A DNA stretch of 64,000 bases from Nitrospirales bacterium (GCA_965203295.1 CBDBCZ010000018.1:1824001-1888000), one strand, 5' to 3'; shown: positions 9,674 through 22,949, counted from the first letter of the stretch. Made by a program: numbers and translations. Notes: generated by a model from the letters alone, not told the origin.

Positions 9674-12287
9674 TATTTGACTAACATAATTCAAACTAAA
9701 CAAGCCTTTGAACAACCAGTTCTTTTCCTAAACAGTTGGGAAGGGTCAGATCAATGGTAGCTACTTAGTTTGGCTGAAAGTCTTTGCCTGAGACCAATAA
9801 AACTGATAATTTTCAGTGAAAACCCTTACTTCCTAAGAATGTATTGTATCTGACTAACATCATTCAAACTAAACAAGCTATTGAATCTTAAACTATTTCT
9901 CTACCTAGACAGTTAGTAAGGGTCAGATCAATGGTAGCTAGTTGTTTTGACTGAAAGTTTCCTGAGACCAATAAAGCTAAAATTGTACCAATTATTAGTG
10001 AAAACCCTTACTTCCTAAGTATGCATTGTAAGTGAGACCAAAAAAACTAACGATTTTCTATAAAATACTTCTTTCCTAATCTGCAGACAAACATCAAGCA
10101 AACTAAACAAGCCTTTGAATAACCAGTTCCTTTCTTGAACATCGATACTTCCTAAGCAAACCAGTTCTTTTCCTAAATAGTTGGTAAGGATCAGATCAAT
10201 GGTAGCTAGTTACTTTGGCTTAAAGTCTTTGCTAGAGACCAACAAAACTAACAATTTTCAATAAAATCCTTCTTTCATAATCTTCAGGCTAACATCAACA
10301 AAACTAAACAGGCCATTGAATCACCAGTTCTTTTTTTAAACAGTTCGGAAGAATCAGATAAATGGTAGCTAGTTACTTTGGCTTAAAGTCTTTGCTAGAG
10401 ACCAACAAAACTAACAATTTTCAATAAAATCCTCTTTTCCTAATCTTCAGACTAACATCATTCAAACTAAACAAGCCTATGAATAACCAGTTCTTTTCCT
10501 AAACAGTTGGGAAGGGTCAGATCAATGGTAGCTAGTTACTTTGGCTTAAAGTCTTTGCTAGAGACCAACAAAGCTAACAAATTTCAAAAAAATCCTTCTT
10601 TCCTAATCTTGAGACTAACATCAACCAAACTAAACAAGCCTTTGAATAACCAGTTCCTTTCTTGAACATTGATACTTCCTAAGCATGTATTGTATCTGAC
10701 TAATATCATTCAAACAAAACAAGCTATTTAATCTTAAACCAGTTCTCTACCAAGACAGTTTGAAAGTGTCAGATCAACAGTAGCTAGTTTTTTTGATTGA
10801 AAGTTTCCTGAGACCAATAAAGCTAAAATTGTACCAATTATTAGTGCAAACCCTTATTTTCTAAACATGTACGTATTGTATCTGACAAACATCATTCAAA
10901 CTAAATAAATGACTGAATCTTAAACCAGTTCCTTTCCAAGATAGTTGGGAAGGGACAGATCAATGGTAGCTAGGTGCTTTGGCTTAAAGTCTTTGCCAGA
11001 GACCCACAAAACTAACAATTTTCAATAAAATCCTTCTTTCCTAATCTTCAGACTAACATCAACCAAACTAAACAAGCCTTTGAATAACAAGTTCCTTTTT
11101 TGAACATCGATAATTCCTAAGCATGTATTGTATTTGACTAACATCATTCAAACTAAACAAGCCTTTGAATAACCAGTTCTTTTTCTAAACATTTGGGAAG
11201 GGTCAGATATATAAAGGTAGCTAGTTACCTTGGCTTAAAGTCTTTGCCAGAGACCAACAAAACAAACAATTTTCAATAAAATCCTTCTTTCCTAATCTTC
11301 AGACTAAAACTAAACAAGCCTTTGAATAACAAGTTCCTTTCTTGAACATCAATTCTTCCTAAGCATGTATCGTATTTGCTAACATCATTCAAACAAAATA
11401 AGCCTTTGAATAACCAGTTCTTTTCCTAAACAGTTGGGAAGGGTCAGATCATTGGTAGCTAGTTACTTTGGTTGAAAGTCTTTGCCAGAGACCCAAAAAA
11501 ACGAATTCTTCCTAAGAATGTATTGTGTATGACTAACATCAGCCAAACTAAACAAGCTATTGAATCCTAAACCAGTTCTTTTACTAGACAGTTGGGAAGG
11601 GTCAGATCAACGGTAGCCAGTTGCTTTGGCTTAAAATCTTTGTTTGAAACCAACAAAACTCAAATTCTACCAATTTGCAGTGGAATTTTTTTCATCTATT
11701 GCATCTGACTAACATCAATCAAGCTACTGAAACTTAAACCAGTTCAGATCAATGATAGCTAGGCTAAAAGTCTTTGCCTGAGACCAAGAACCCTGAAATT
11801 GTACTAATCATTAGGGAAAATCGATGCCAGTATTGTAACTAACTACCATTATGTCATTGAATCCTAAACCAGTTCCTTTCCTAGACAGTTAAGAAGGGTC
11901 AGATGAATGGTACGTAGCTAGTTACTGTAGCATAAAGTCTTTGCCTGCGAAAAAAAAGCTGAAATTGTGCTAATTTTCAGTGACAACCTTTACTTCCTAA
12001 GCATGTATTGTATCTGACTAACATCAGTCAAACTAAAAAAGCTTATGAATCCTAAGCCAGTTTCTTTCCAATAGGCTACACTGAAAAGGGCCAGATCCAT
12101 GATGGGTAGCTACTTTGGCTGAAAGTCCTTTCCTGAGACCAATAACCCTAAAATTGTACCAATTTTTAGGAAAAATCTATATTTCCTAAGCCCGTATTGT
12201 AACTAACCACCATCAGCCAAACTAAACAAGGCTTTGTATCGTAAACTACGTAGTTCCTTTCCTGGATCATGGGGAAGGGTCAGATCT
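9674..12287 (+). repeat. Satellite array block 1, including diverged ~180-190-bp edge monomers
   Basis: Tandem CAGTTGGGAAGGGTCAGATCAATGGTAGC...GACTAACATCA...AAACTAAACAAGC units that become increasingly diverged toward 12287. Confidence 0.93.
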
Positions 12288-12425
12288 GGCTATGTAAGTG
12301 TGTAGTGACACAGAAACAGTGGGTGGTGAAGAAAGGAGGGAACATTGGCGGGAGGTTACTCAGAATCCTGAAATTGTACTAATCATTAGTGAAAATCGAT
12401 GCCAGTATTGTAACTGACTACCATC

Positions 12426-12825
12426 ATGTATTTGCTAAAAGAGAGTCTTTTCATTGTCTTACAATCTTCCAATTATGTGGTTAAGCCTAACAAGAATGAT
12501 GTCTATTTACGTATGTGTAGGATTTCAATAGTTTCCTGGTCTCCCAACATTAGAAGGTTTGGTGGAGAAATTTTTTCCGGCAGCACTATGCCATACATAT
12601 GTGTGATGCTAAATTCCCCACCCTGAGTATCTGAGTAACAGAACTTTGCGAACTTAGTAATATAGTTTATAGGTAGCTGTGTTAAACATTGATATGTCCT
12701 TAGTTTGTGTATGTTTTCAGGGATATTGGTGTGGTTTTGTTAGAGATTTGAAATAAGATTTGAAGAGATATAGCACGTTTTGAAGTAAGTTTTTGTTGAA
12801 GTCAAGTGAACGAACAAGCACTAGA
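12426..12825 (+). repeat. Unique satellite flank, copy 2
   Basis: Homologous to 9274-9673; the homology continues into the first satellite monomers. Confidence 0.93.
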
Positions 12826-15800
12826 TATTTGACTAACATCATTAAAACTGAACAAGCCTTTGAACAACCAGTTCATTTCCTAAACAGTTGGGAAGGGTCA
12901 GATCAATGGTAGCTAGTTAGGTTGGTTTAAAGTCTTTGCCTGAGACCAATAAAACTGGTAATTTTCAGTGAAAACCCTTACTTCCTAAGAATGTATTTTA
13001 TCTGACTAAAATCATTCAAACTAAACAAGCTAAACCAGTTCTCTACCTAGACAGTTAGTAAGGGTCAGATCAATGGTAGCTAGTTGTTTTTAATAAAAGT
13101 TTCCTGAGACCAATAAAGCTAAATTGTACCAATTATTAGTGAAAACCCTTACTTCCTAAGTATGTATTGTATGTGACTAATATCATTCAAACTAAACGAG
13201 CAATTGAATCTTAAACCAGTTCTTTTCCAAAACAGTTAGAAAGGGTCAGATCAATGGTAGCTAGTTACTTTGGCTGAAAGTCTTTACCAGAGACCAACAA
13301 AACTAACAATTTTCTATAAAATCCTTCTTTCCTAATCTGCAGACTAATATCAACCAAACTAAACAAGCCTTTGAATAACCAGTTCCTTTCTTGAACATCG
13401 ATACTTCCTAAGCATGTATTGTATTTGACTAACATCATTCAAACTAAACAAGCCTTTGAATAACCAGTTCTTTTTCTAAACAGTTCGGAAGGGTCAGATA
13501 AATGGTAGCTTGTTACTTTGGCTTAAAGTCTTTGCCAGAGACCAACAAAACTAACAATTTTCAATAAATCCTTCTTTTCTAATCTTCAGACTAACATCAA
13601 CCAAACTAAACAAGCCTTTGAATAACAAGTTCCTTTCTTGAACATCGATACTTCCTAGGCATGTATTGTATTTGACTAACATCATTCAAACTAAACAAGC
13701 CTTTGAATAACCAGTTCTTTTTCTAAACAGTTCGGAAGGGTCAGATAAATGGTAGCTTGTTACTTTGGCTTAAAGTCTTTGCTAGAGACCAACAAAACTA
13801 AAAATTTTCAATAAAATCCTTCTTTCCTAATCTTCAGACTAACTTCATTCAAACTAAACAAGCCTTTGAATAACCAGTTCTTTTCCTAAACAGTTGGGAA
13901 GGGTCAGATCAATGGTAGCCAGTTACTTTGGCTTAAAGTCTTTGCTAGAGACCAACAAAACTAACAATTTTCAATAAAATCCTTCTTTCCTAATCTTCAG
14001 ACTAGCATCAACAAAACTAAACAAGCCTTTGAATAACAAGTTCCTTTCTTGAACATCGATACTTCTTAAGCATGTATTGTATTTGATTAACATCATTCAA
14101 ACTAAACAAGCCTTTGCACAACCAGTTCATTTCCTAAACAGTTGGGAAGGGTCAGATCAATGGTAGCTTGTTACTTTGGCTTAAAGTCTTTGCCAGAGAC
14201 CAACAAAGCTAACAATTTTCAATAAATCCTTCTTTCCTAATCTTCAGACTAACATCAACCAAACTAAACAAGCCTTTGAATAACAAGTTCCTTTCTTGAA
14301 CATCGATACTTCCTAGGCATGTATTGTATTTGACTAACATCATTCAAACTAAACAAGCCTTTGAATAACCAGTTCTTTTTCTAAACAGTTGGGAAGGGTC
14401 AGATCAATGGTAGCGAGTTACTTCGGCTTAAAGTCATTGCTAGAGACCAACAAAACTAACAATTTTCAATAAAATCCTTCTTTCCTAATCTTCAGACTAG
14501 CATCAACAAAACTAAACAAGCATTTGAATAACCAGTTCCTTTCTTGAACATCGATACTTCTTAAGCATGTATTGTATTTGATTAACATCATTCAAACTAA
14601 ACAAGCCTTTGCACAACCAGTTCTTTTCCTAAACAGTTGGGAAGAGTCAGATCAATGGTAGCTTGTTACTTTGGCTTAAAGTCTTTGCCAGAGACCAACA
14701 AAGCTAACAACTTTCAATAAATCCTTCTTTCCTAATCTTCAGACTAACATCAACCAAACTAAACAAGCCTTTGAATAACAAGTTCCTTTCTTGAACATCG
14801 ATACTTCCTAGGCATGTATTGTATTTGACCAACATCATTCAAACTAAACAAGCCTTTGAATAACCAGTTCTTTTTCTAAACAGTTGGGAAGGGTCAGATC
14901 AATGGTAGCGAGTTACTTCGGTTTAAAGTCATTGCTAGAGACCAACAAAACTAACAATTTTCAATAAAATCCTTCTTTCCTAATCTTCAGACTAACATCA
15001 ACCAAATTAAACAAGCCTTTGAATAACAAGTTCCTTTCTTGAACATCGATATTTCCTAAGCATGTATTGTATCCGACTAACATAATTTAAACTAAACAAG
15101 CATATGAATAACCAGTTCTTTTCCTAAACAGTTGGGAAGGGTCAGATCAATGGTAGCTAGTTACTTTGGCTCAAAGTCTTTGCTAGAGACGAAAAAAAAC
15201 TAACGATTTTCTATAAAATACTTCTTTCCTAATCTGCAGACTAACATCAAGCAAAATAAACAAGCCTTTGAATAACCAGTTCCTTTTTTGAACATAGATA
15301 CTTCCTAAGCATGGATTGTATATGACTAACATGATTCAAACTAAACAAGCCTTTGAATAACCAGTTCTTTTCCTAAACAGTTGGGAAGAGTCAGATCAAT
15401 GGTAGCTTGTTACTTTGGCTTAAAGTCTTTGCCAGAGACCAACAAAGCTAACAATTTTAAATAAATCCTTCTTTCCTAATCTTCAGACTAACATCAACCA
15501 AACTAAACAAGCCTTTGAATAACAAGTTCCTTTCTTGAACATCGATACTTCCTAGGCATGTATTGTATTTGACCAACATCATTCAAACTAAACAAGCCTT
15601 TGAATAACCAGTTCTTTTTCTAAACAGTTGGGAAGGGTCAGATCAATGGTAGCGAGTTACTTCGGTTTAAAGTCATTGCTAGAGACCAACAAAACTAACA
15701 ATTTTCAATAAAATCCTTCTTTCCTAATCTTCAGACTAACATCAACCAAACTAAACAAGCCTTTGAATAACAAGTTCCTTTCTTGAACATCAATACTTCC

Positions 15801-18800
15801 TAAGCATGTATTGTATCCGACTAACATAATTTAAACTAAACAAGCCTTTGAATAACCAGTTCTTTTCCTAAACAGTTGGGAAGGGTCAGATCAATGGTAG
15901 CTAGTTACTTTGGCTCAAAGTCTTTGCTAGAGACGAAAAAAAACTAACAATTTTAAATAAATCCTTCTTTCCTAATCTTCAGACTAACATCAACCAAACT
16001 AAACAAGCCTTTGAATAACAAGTTCCTTTCTTGAACATCAATACTTCCTAGGCATGTATTGTATTTGACTAACATCATTCAAACTAAACAAGCCTTTGAA
16101 TAACCAGTTCTTTTTCTAAACAGTTGGGAAGGGTCAGATCAATGGTAGCGAGTTACTTCGGCTTAAAGTCATTGCTAGAGACCAACAAAACTAACAATTT
16201 TCAATAAAATCCTTCTTTCCTAATCTTCAGACTAACATCAACCAAACTAAACAAGCCTTTGAATAACCAGTTCCTTTCTTGAACATCGATACTTTCTAAG
16301 CATGTATTGTATCCGACTAACATAATTTAAACTAAACAAGCCTTTGAATAACCAGTTCTTTTCCTAAACAGTTGGGAAGGGTCAGATCAATGGCAGCTAG
16401 TTACTTTGGCTCAAAGTCTTTGCTAGAGACGAAAAAAAACTAACGATTTTCTATAAAATACTTCTTTCCTAATTTGCAGACTAACATCAAGTAAAATAAA
16501 CAAGCCTTTGAATAACCAGTTCCTTTCTTGAACATCGATACTTACTAAGCATGTATTGTATCTGACTAACATCATTAAAACTAAACAAGCCTTTGAATAA
16601 CAAGTTCTTTTCCTAAACAGTTGGGAAGGGTCAGATCTGAAGATTAGGAAAGAAGGATTTTATTGAAAATTGTTAGCTTTGTTGGTCTCAGGCAAAGACT
16701 TTCAGCCAAAGTAACTGGCTACCATTGATCTGAACCTTCCCAACTGTTTTGGAAAAGAACTGGTTATTCAAAGGCTTGTTTAGTTTGAATGATGTTAGTC
16801 AGATACAATACACGCTTATGAAGTATCGATGTTCAAGAAAGGAACTTGTTATTCAAAGGCTTGTTTAGTTTGGTTGATGTTAGTCTTAAGATTAGGAAAG
16901 AAGGATTTTATTGAAAATTGTTAGTTTTGTTGGTCTCAGGCAAAGACTTTCAGCCAAAGTAACTGGCTACCATTGAGGCTAACATCAACAAAACTAAACA
17001 GGCCTTTGAATAACCAGCTCTTTTTCTAAACAGTTGGGAAGGGTCAGATAAATGGTAGCAAGTTACTTTGGCTTAAAATCATTGCCAGAGACAACAAAAC
17101 TAACAATTTTCAATATAATCCTTCTTTCCTAATCTTCAGACTAACATCAACCAAACTAAACAAGCCTTTGAATAACCAGTTCCTTTATTGAACATAGATA
17201 CTTCCTAAGCATGGATTGTATATGACTAACATGATTCAAACTAAACAAGCCTTTGAATATCCAGTTCTTTTTTAAACAGTTCGGAAGGGTCAGATAAATG
17301 GTAGCTAGTTACTTTGGCTTAAAGTCTTTGCCAGAGACCAACAAAACTAACAATTTTTAATAAAATCCCTCTTTCCTAATCTTCAGACTAACATCAACCA
17401 AACTAAACAAGCCTTTGAATAAACAGTTCCTTTCTTGAACATCGATACTTCCTAAGCATGTATTGTATTTGACTAACATCATTCACACTAAACAAGCCTT
17501 TGAATAACCAGTTCTTATCCTAAACAGTTGGGAAAGGTCAGATCAATGGTAGCAAGTTACTTTGGCTGAAAGTCTTTGCCTGAGACCAAAAAAACCGAAT
17601 TCTTCCTAAGAATGTATTGTATATGACTAACATCAGCGAAACTAAACAAGCTATTGAATCCTAAACCAATCCTTTTACTAGACAGTTGGGAAGGGTCAAA
17701 TCAATGGTAGCTAGTTGCTTTGGCTTAAAATCTTTGTTTGAAATCAACAAAACTCAAATTCTACTAATTTGCAGCTTAAGTCTTTGCAAAGAGACCAACA
17801 AAACTAACAATTTTCAATAAAATCCTTCTTTCCTAATCTTCAGACTAGCATCAACAAAACTAAACAAGCATTTGAATAACCAGTTCCTTTCTTGAACATC
17901 GATACTTCTTAAGCATGTATTGTATTTGATTAACATCATTCAAACTAAACAAGCCTTTGCACAACCAGTTCTTTTCCTAAACAGTTGGGAAGGGTCAGAT
18001 CAATGGTAGCTTGTTACTTTGGCTTAAAGTCTTTGCCAGAGACCAACAAAGGTAACAATTTTCAATAAATCCTTCTTTCCTAATCTTAAGACTAACATCA
18101 ACCAAACTAAACAAGCCTTTGAATAACAAGTTCCTTTCTTGAACATCGATACTTCCTTGGCATGTATTGTATTTGACTAACATCATTAAAACTAAACAAG
18201 TCTTTGAATAACCAGTTCTTTTTCTAAACAGTTGGGAAGGGTCAGATCAATGGTAGCGAGTTACTTCGGCTTAAAGTCATTGCTAGAGACCAACAAAACT
18301 AACAATTTTCAATAAAATCCTTCTTTCCTAATCTTGAGACTAACATCAACCAAACTAAACAAGCCTTTGAATAACCAGTTCCTTTCTTGAACATCGATAC
18401 TTCCTAAGCATGTATTGTATCCTACTAACATCATTTAAACTAAACAAGCCTTTGAATAACCAGTTCATTTCCTAAACAGTTGGGAAGGGTTAGATCAATG
18501 GTAGCTAGTTACTTTGGCTCAAAGTCTTTGCTAGAGACCAAAAAAACTAACGATTTTCTATAAAATACTTCTTTCCTAATCTGCAGACTAACTTCATTTA
18601 AACTAAACAAGCCTTTGAATAACCAGTTCTTTTCCTAAACAGTTGGGAAGGGTCAGATCAATGGTAGCCAGTTACTTTGGCTTAAAGTCTTTGCTAGAGA
18701 CCAACAAAACTAACAATTTTCAATAAAATCCTTCTTTCATAATCTTCAGGCTAACATCAACCAAACTAAACAAGCCTTTGAATAACAAGTTCCTTTCTTG

Positions 18801-19685
18801 AACATCGATACTTCCTTGGCATGTATTGTATTTGACTAACATCATTAAAACTAAACAAGCCTTTGAATAACCAGTTCTTTTTCTAAACAGTTGGGAAGGG
18901 TCAGATCAATGGTAGCGAGTTACTTCGGCTTAAAGTCATTGCTAGAGACCAACAAAACTAACAATTTTCAATAAAATCCTTCTTTCCTAATCTTGAGACT
19001 AACATCAACCAAACTAAACAAGCCTTTGAATAACAAGTTCCTTTCTTGAACATCGATACTTCCTAAGCATGTATTGTATCCTACTAACATCATTTAAACT
19101 AAACAAGCCTTTGAATAACCAGTTCATTTCCTAAACAGTTGGGAAGGGTTAGATCAATGGTAGCTAGTTACTTTGGCTCAAAGTCTTTGCTAGAGACCAA
19201 AAAAACTAACGATTTTCTATAAAATACTTCTTTCCTAATTTGCAGACTAACTTCATTCAAACTAAACAAGCCTTTGAATAACCAGTTCTTTTCCTAAACA
19301 GTTGGGAAGGGTCAGATCAATGGTAGCCAGTTACTTTGGCTTAAAGTCTTTGCTAGAGACCAACAAAACTAACAATTTTCAATAAAATCCTTCTTTCCTA
19401 ATCTTCAGACTAGCATCAACAAAACTAAACAAGCCTTTGAATAACCAGTTCCTTTCTTGAACATCGATACTTCTTAAGCATGTATTGTATTTGATTAACA
19501 TCATTCAAACTAAACAAGCCTTTGCACAACCAGTTCTTTTCCTAAACAGTTGGGAAGGGTCAGATAAATGGTAGCTTGTTACTTTGGCTGAAAGTCTTTG
19601 CTAGAGACCAACAAAACTAACAATTTTCAATAAAATCCTTCTTTCATAATCTTCAGGCTAACATCAACAAAACTAAACAGGCCCT
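12826..19685 (+). repeat. Satellite array block 2 (163/248-bp monomers)
   Basis: CAGTT(G/C)GGAAGGG at 13728, 13891 and 14139 gives spacings of 163 and 248 bp. Confidence 0.97.
16638..16976 (-). repeat. 339-bp inverted satellite segment, copy 1
   Basis: TGAAGATTAGGAAAGAAGG...CTACCATTGA is the reverse complement of the array. Confidence 0.95.
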
Positions 19686-20857
19686 TTAACTCTTTACCGA
19701 CCTTATCAAAACAATCACGCGTACCCGCGTGACCGTAGATTTTCAGCCCAAACTCGTGGTTTGCCTACCGTTGGCTTCATGAGACTGTATCTCGCGATCT
19801 AAAGAACTTTAGTACAGGCAAGTTGAGTTTTTTAGAGACAGAAAAGAAGGGGTTTTACGATGGTGTCAATGACTTTGGCCGGAGAGTTGGAGAAAGACCG
19901 TTGGATACCAGGCAAAGCGGGACGGCAATCGTACCGCGGTAAGTATAGGCTAGCAATGGGTAGTTTTACTAGGAATCTTTGTCATTATAGGGTTGCAGAG
20001 CATGCAAAAGAGTTTTTATACTGAGAAACGTGTTACAGATAAATAAGAAAGGTTAGCAAGTGCAACATATAAGCGCTTTGTAACTTATTCCAGGAGTGCG
20101 GCAAATACGTGATGTGCAGAGGGCCGCGTGGAGAGGGTCTACAAGCATTCCATGTGGAATCGCTCAAAGCAAGAGGGTCCATTCTCTGGTGGGTCTCGTG
20201 CAACAATGCAGAAGGCCTTTCCACACCGCCGACAGTGCACGGAGGACTCGTGGCGTCGATGATTCCTGGAATTCCAGCAGTAGGCGCACCGAGAGCTGGA
20301 ACCGCGGATGGGGAAGTGACCAGTTGGAGAACCCGACATGTGGCTTGCATCGTCACGGCGGCGCTTCACTGGTGGTGCCACACTGTCAATAGCAGCATCA
20401 TGGATTAGCTGTGGGACAGAGTAGCGCTGCCGGGAGTTGTAGTTCCCAATAAGCCCTTCGGCCAACCTCACACGGAAGGACTTGAACACCTGCTGCCTGC
20501 TGGTTGTGTTTGATGCTGGCTCGAAGTACTTCGTGAGAATGAAGGCGTTCACTGCAGCACAGTCAAAGAGGAACCAGAACAGGTATTTATAGAACTTCCT
20601 GCCCTTGGACCTGACTCGGTAGTACCCTCTCATCTGGTCTGCCTTATCCACGCCAGACATGTACCGATTGTACTCGACAATACTGGGTGGACAAGAGATC
20701 ATCTGCCTGCTGCCATCCTTCTCCTTCCGCTGCACCTCGGTGTTACCAGTTGGTTGGCAGTTGGTCGACATCACATAGACGAGTTTCCTGTCCCTCCAAA
20801 CTGTGGCAACCAGACTACCCTTCTGGCGGTAGACATACTCTCCTCTCTGCAGATCTC

Positions 20858-21346
20858 CTTCATTCATAAGGTACATGTACATACAGAGAGTAAAAATATG
20901 AACATGGCTATATATGTGATTATTTAGCCTAGCTAAATACTCAAGTATTTTCAATGGGTACCTAAAGTGTGGAGAGCCTGTCCCTGGAGGTATAACCAAG
21001 ACTGCATAAGTGAAATTACCCTCCTTCCTAAGATGTGGGGAAATTGTGCTCTTGGTATGACCCACAGCCATTTACCCATCTAGCAGTTTTCTTCCCATCC
21101 CCAGCCTGGCCAATCCCATTCCATCCCCCTCCCTTTCCCTCCCCATCTCTTTCCATCCCACCCCATTCCATCCCATCCCATCCCCCCACCCATCCTCTCC
21201 CCCATCTGTTCTTCTCCCCTCCCCTTCCCTTTTCGAGCCAGTCACTGCCCACTCCCAACTTTGGCATACACAAGGGAACTACCACCAAGAATCCCACCTG
21301 AACCCTGATACTGGACTATGTTTGAAAATGAATACATTTCACTTAC
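20858..21346 (-). other. Predicted 489-bp spliceosomal intron in the transposase
   Basis: Canonical GTAAGT donor where homology stops; AAG acceptor after a pyrimidine-rich tract restores ...KTTQLRDLQRGEY... The exact acceptor is inferred. Confidence 0.75.
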
Positions 21347-21969
21347 GAAGCTGGGTTGTCTTGATGACGTCAGGGATGCCTTTTCGATCTCTACGGAAGG
21401 TCCCACACGCGTACAGACCATCCTCCAAGAGGTCATCGAAAAGTTGTACCGAGGAGAAGAAATTGTCATAGTACAGGTGGTAGTGCCCACCCACTAGTGG
21501 CTGAGAGAGCGCTTTCACCACTTTTGCTCCCAGGTTGGTCTCACTGGTCTCACCGGAGTCGTTCTTCCCCGTGTAGACCTGAAAGTCACAAACGTACCCG
21601 TTGATGGCATCAGCACGTACCCACACCTTAAACCCACGCTTTGTCGGCTTTTTGGGTACGTACTGCTTCAGCGCAGATCTTCCCTTAAATTTTACCATAG
21701 CTTCGTCGATGCTATTTTCACGGTGAGGGCGGTAGCTCTCCAGGAAGGACTTCTGAAGGGCCTCGATCACAGGACGCACTTTTGCAAGACGATCGTACCC
21801 AGGATCACCACGAGGAATGATGGTCTCATTATCCGTGAAGTGCAGAAAGCGCTGGATCTCTAGAAACCTCTTCCTAGAGATCCTGGAGGCGACCGGAAAG
21901 TAGTGGAAGATCGGATTTGTGGACCAATAGTCGTAGAGGTCAGGAACCTTATTGAAGCCCATCAGAATA

Positions 21970-22042
21970 GCAAATCCGAGATACGCCCTGATACGCAAAT
22001 CCGAGATACGCCCTGATACGCAAATCCGAGATACGCCCTGAT
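21970..22042. repeat. 25-bp tandem triplication within the transposase CDS
   Basis: GCAAATCCGAGATACGCCCTGAT(AC) starts at 21970, 21995 and 22020. Confidence 0.97.
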
Positions 22043-22879
22043 TTCTGCGGCATCCGTCTCCCATGTTGGAACTGGTCCTTCACCTTGATGTGTGGATGTG
22101 AGGCACAGTGCAGCATACTTGTTGGTTTCAAGAACCATATGCTCAACTAACGCGGGTGTGAACAGTGACGTGAACACCTCCAGGGGGTCACTTCCAAGTT
22201 GGATTGTTGGTCCAGTTGGCTGTGTGAAGGGCTCAACAATCACTTGTGAGGGTTCATTTGTCCACTCGTTCTCTTCCCTCCCAGGTTGACCTGCCATCGC
22301 CTGCCCTCTACCATGACCCCTGGCACGACCTCGACCTCTACCGCTACCAGCACCTCTACCTCGATGTGCAGTGGACTCCACCGATGACGAAGGACCAGAT
22401 TGCGGGTCTTCCCTCAGGGAAGTGCTGGTGGGACTATGCAGAAGGGGAGAGCATGGTGGAGAGTCGTCCAATCCAGGGCCATCCTGGTCCTGCTCTCTAT
22501 CCAGGATGTCGTACTCCTCCTGCAACTCATCTGCATCAAACTCATCATCGCTCCCTGGGAACACATAGTCTACATCCCCCTCATCACCAGATTCACCACA
22601 CACAATGTTGCACACTTGTGCAGCTGAGAAGAACCCAGAAGAAGCCATACTGGCTGCAGGATAATCACTACGCTGTAGTTTACACTGACATGCACGCGTG
22701 GCTTCACTTATGTAGGCAGACAGTTTTCATTGAGCGATCGCGCTATAATTGTCTATGTAACTTATTATGAATTATATATAAATTGGTTGCGTAGCACCAT
22801 ATGAATATGATTATCAAGGTTGGGGGGAGTCCCGAGGTAAATCTACTCGATTGTTGGCGTTTGAGCGTACCGCATGTTT

Positions 22880-22949
22880 AATGACGGCATATGCCGTCAT
22901 TGGTCATTTGCGCGTACATACGCAATGACGGCGTTTGCCGTCATTGGTC
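22880..22949. repeat. Two subterminal palindromes at the transposon 5' end
   Basis: AATGACGGC-ATAT-GCCGTCATT (22880-22901) and CAATGACGGC-GTTT-GCCGTCATTG (22923-22946), each running into GGTC. Confidence 0.9.

Larger units (their letters stand above)
20139..22648 (-). pseudogene. piggyBac transposase (PGBD4-like), two exons, frameshifted; about 656 aa if repaired
   Basis: ATG at 22648; exon 1 to 21347 (C|GTAAGT); exon 2 probably from 20857 (AAG|GA, phase 1) to the stop at 20139. Motifs SIDEAMV, KPTKRGFKVW, YYDNFFSS, YNRYMSGVDKADQ and a C-terminal Cys-rich domain CAYC...CRRC...C...CFERFH. 50 extra bp at 21970-22042 shift the frame. Confidence 0.9.

Noticed and set aside
9700..12290. Death-domain origin of the satellite monomer
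   Set aside because: The resemblance needs several arbitrary frameshifts and cannot be supported by eye.
20858..21071. N-terminal ~70 aa of the 310-aa ORF 20139-21071
   Set aside because: Lies in the predicted intron; transposase-like sequence begins only near DLQRGEY.
20033..22770. Overlapping alternative-frame and antisense ORFs in the transposon
   Set aside because: Shadow frames of the GC-rich transposase CDS and the low-complexity intron.
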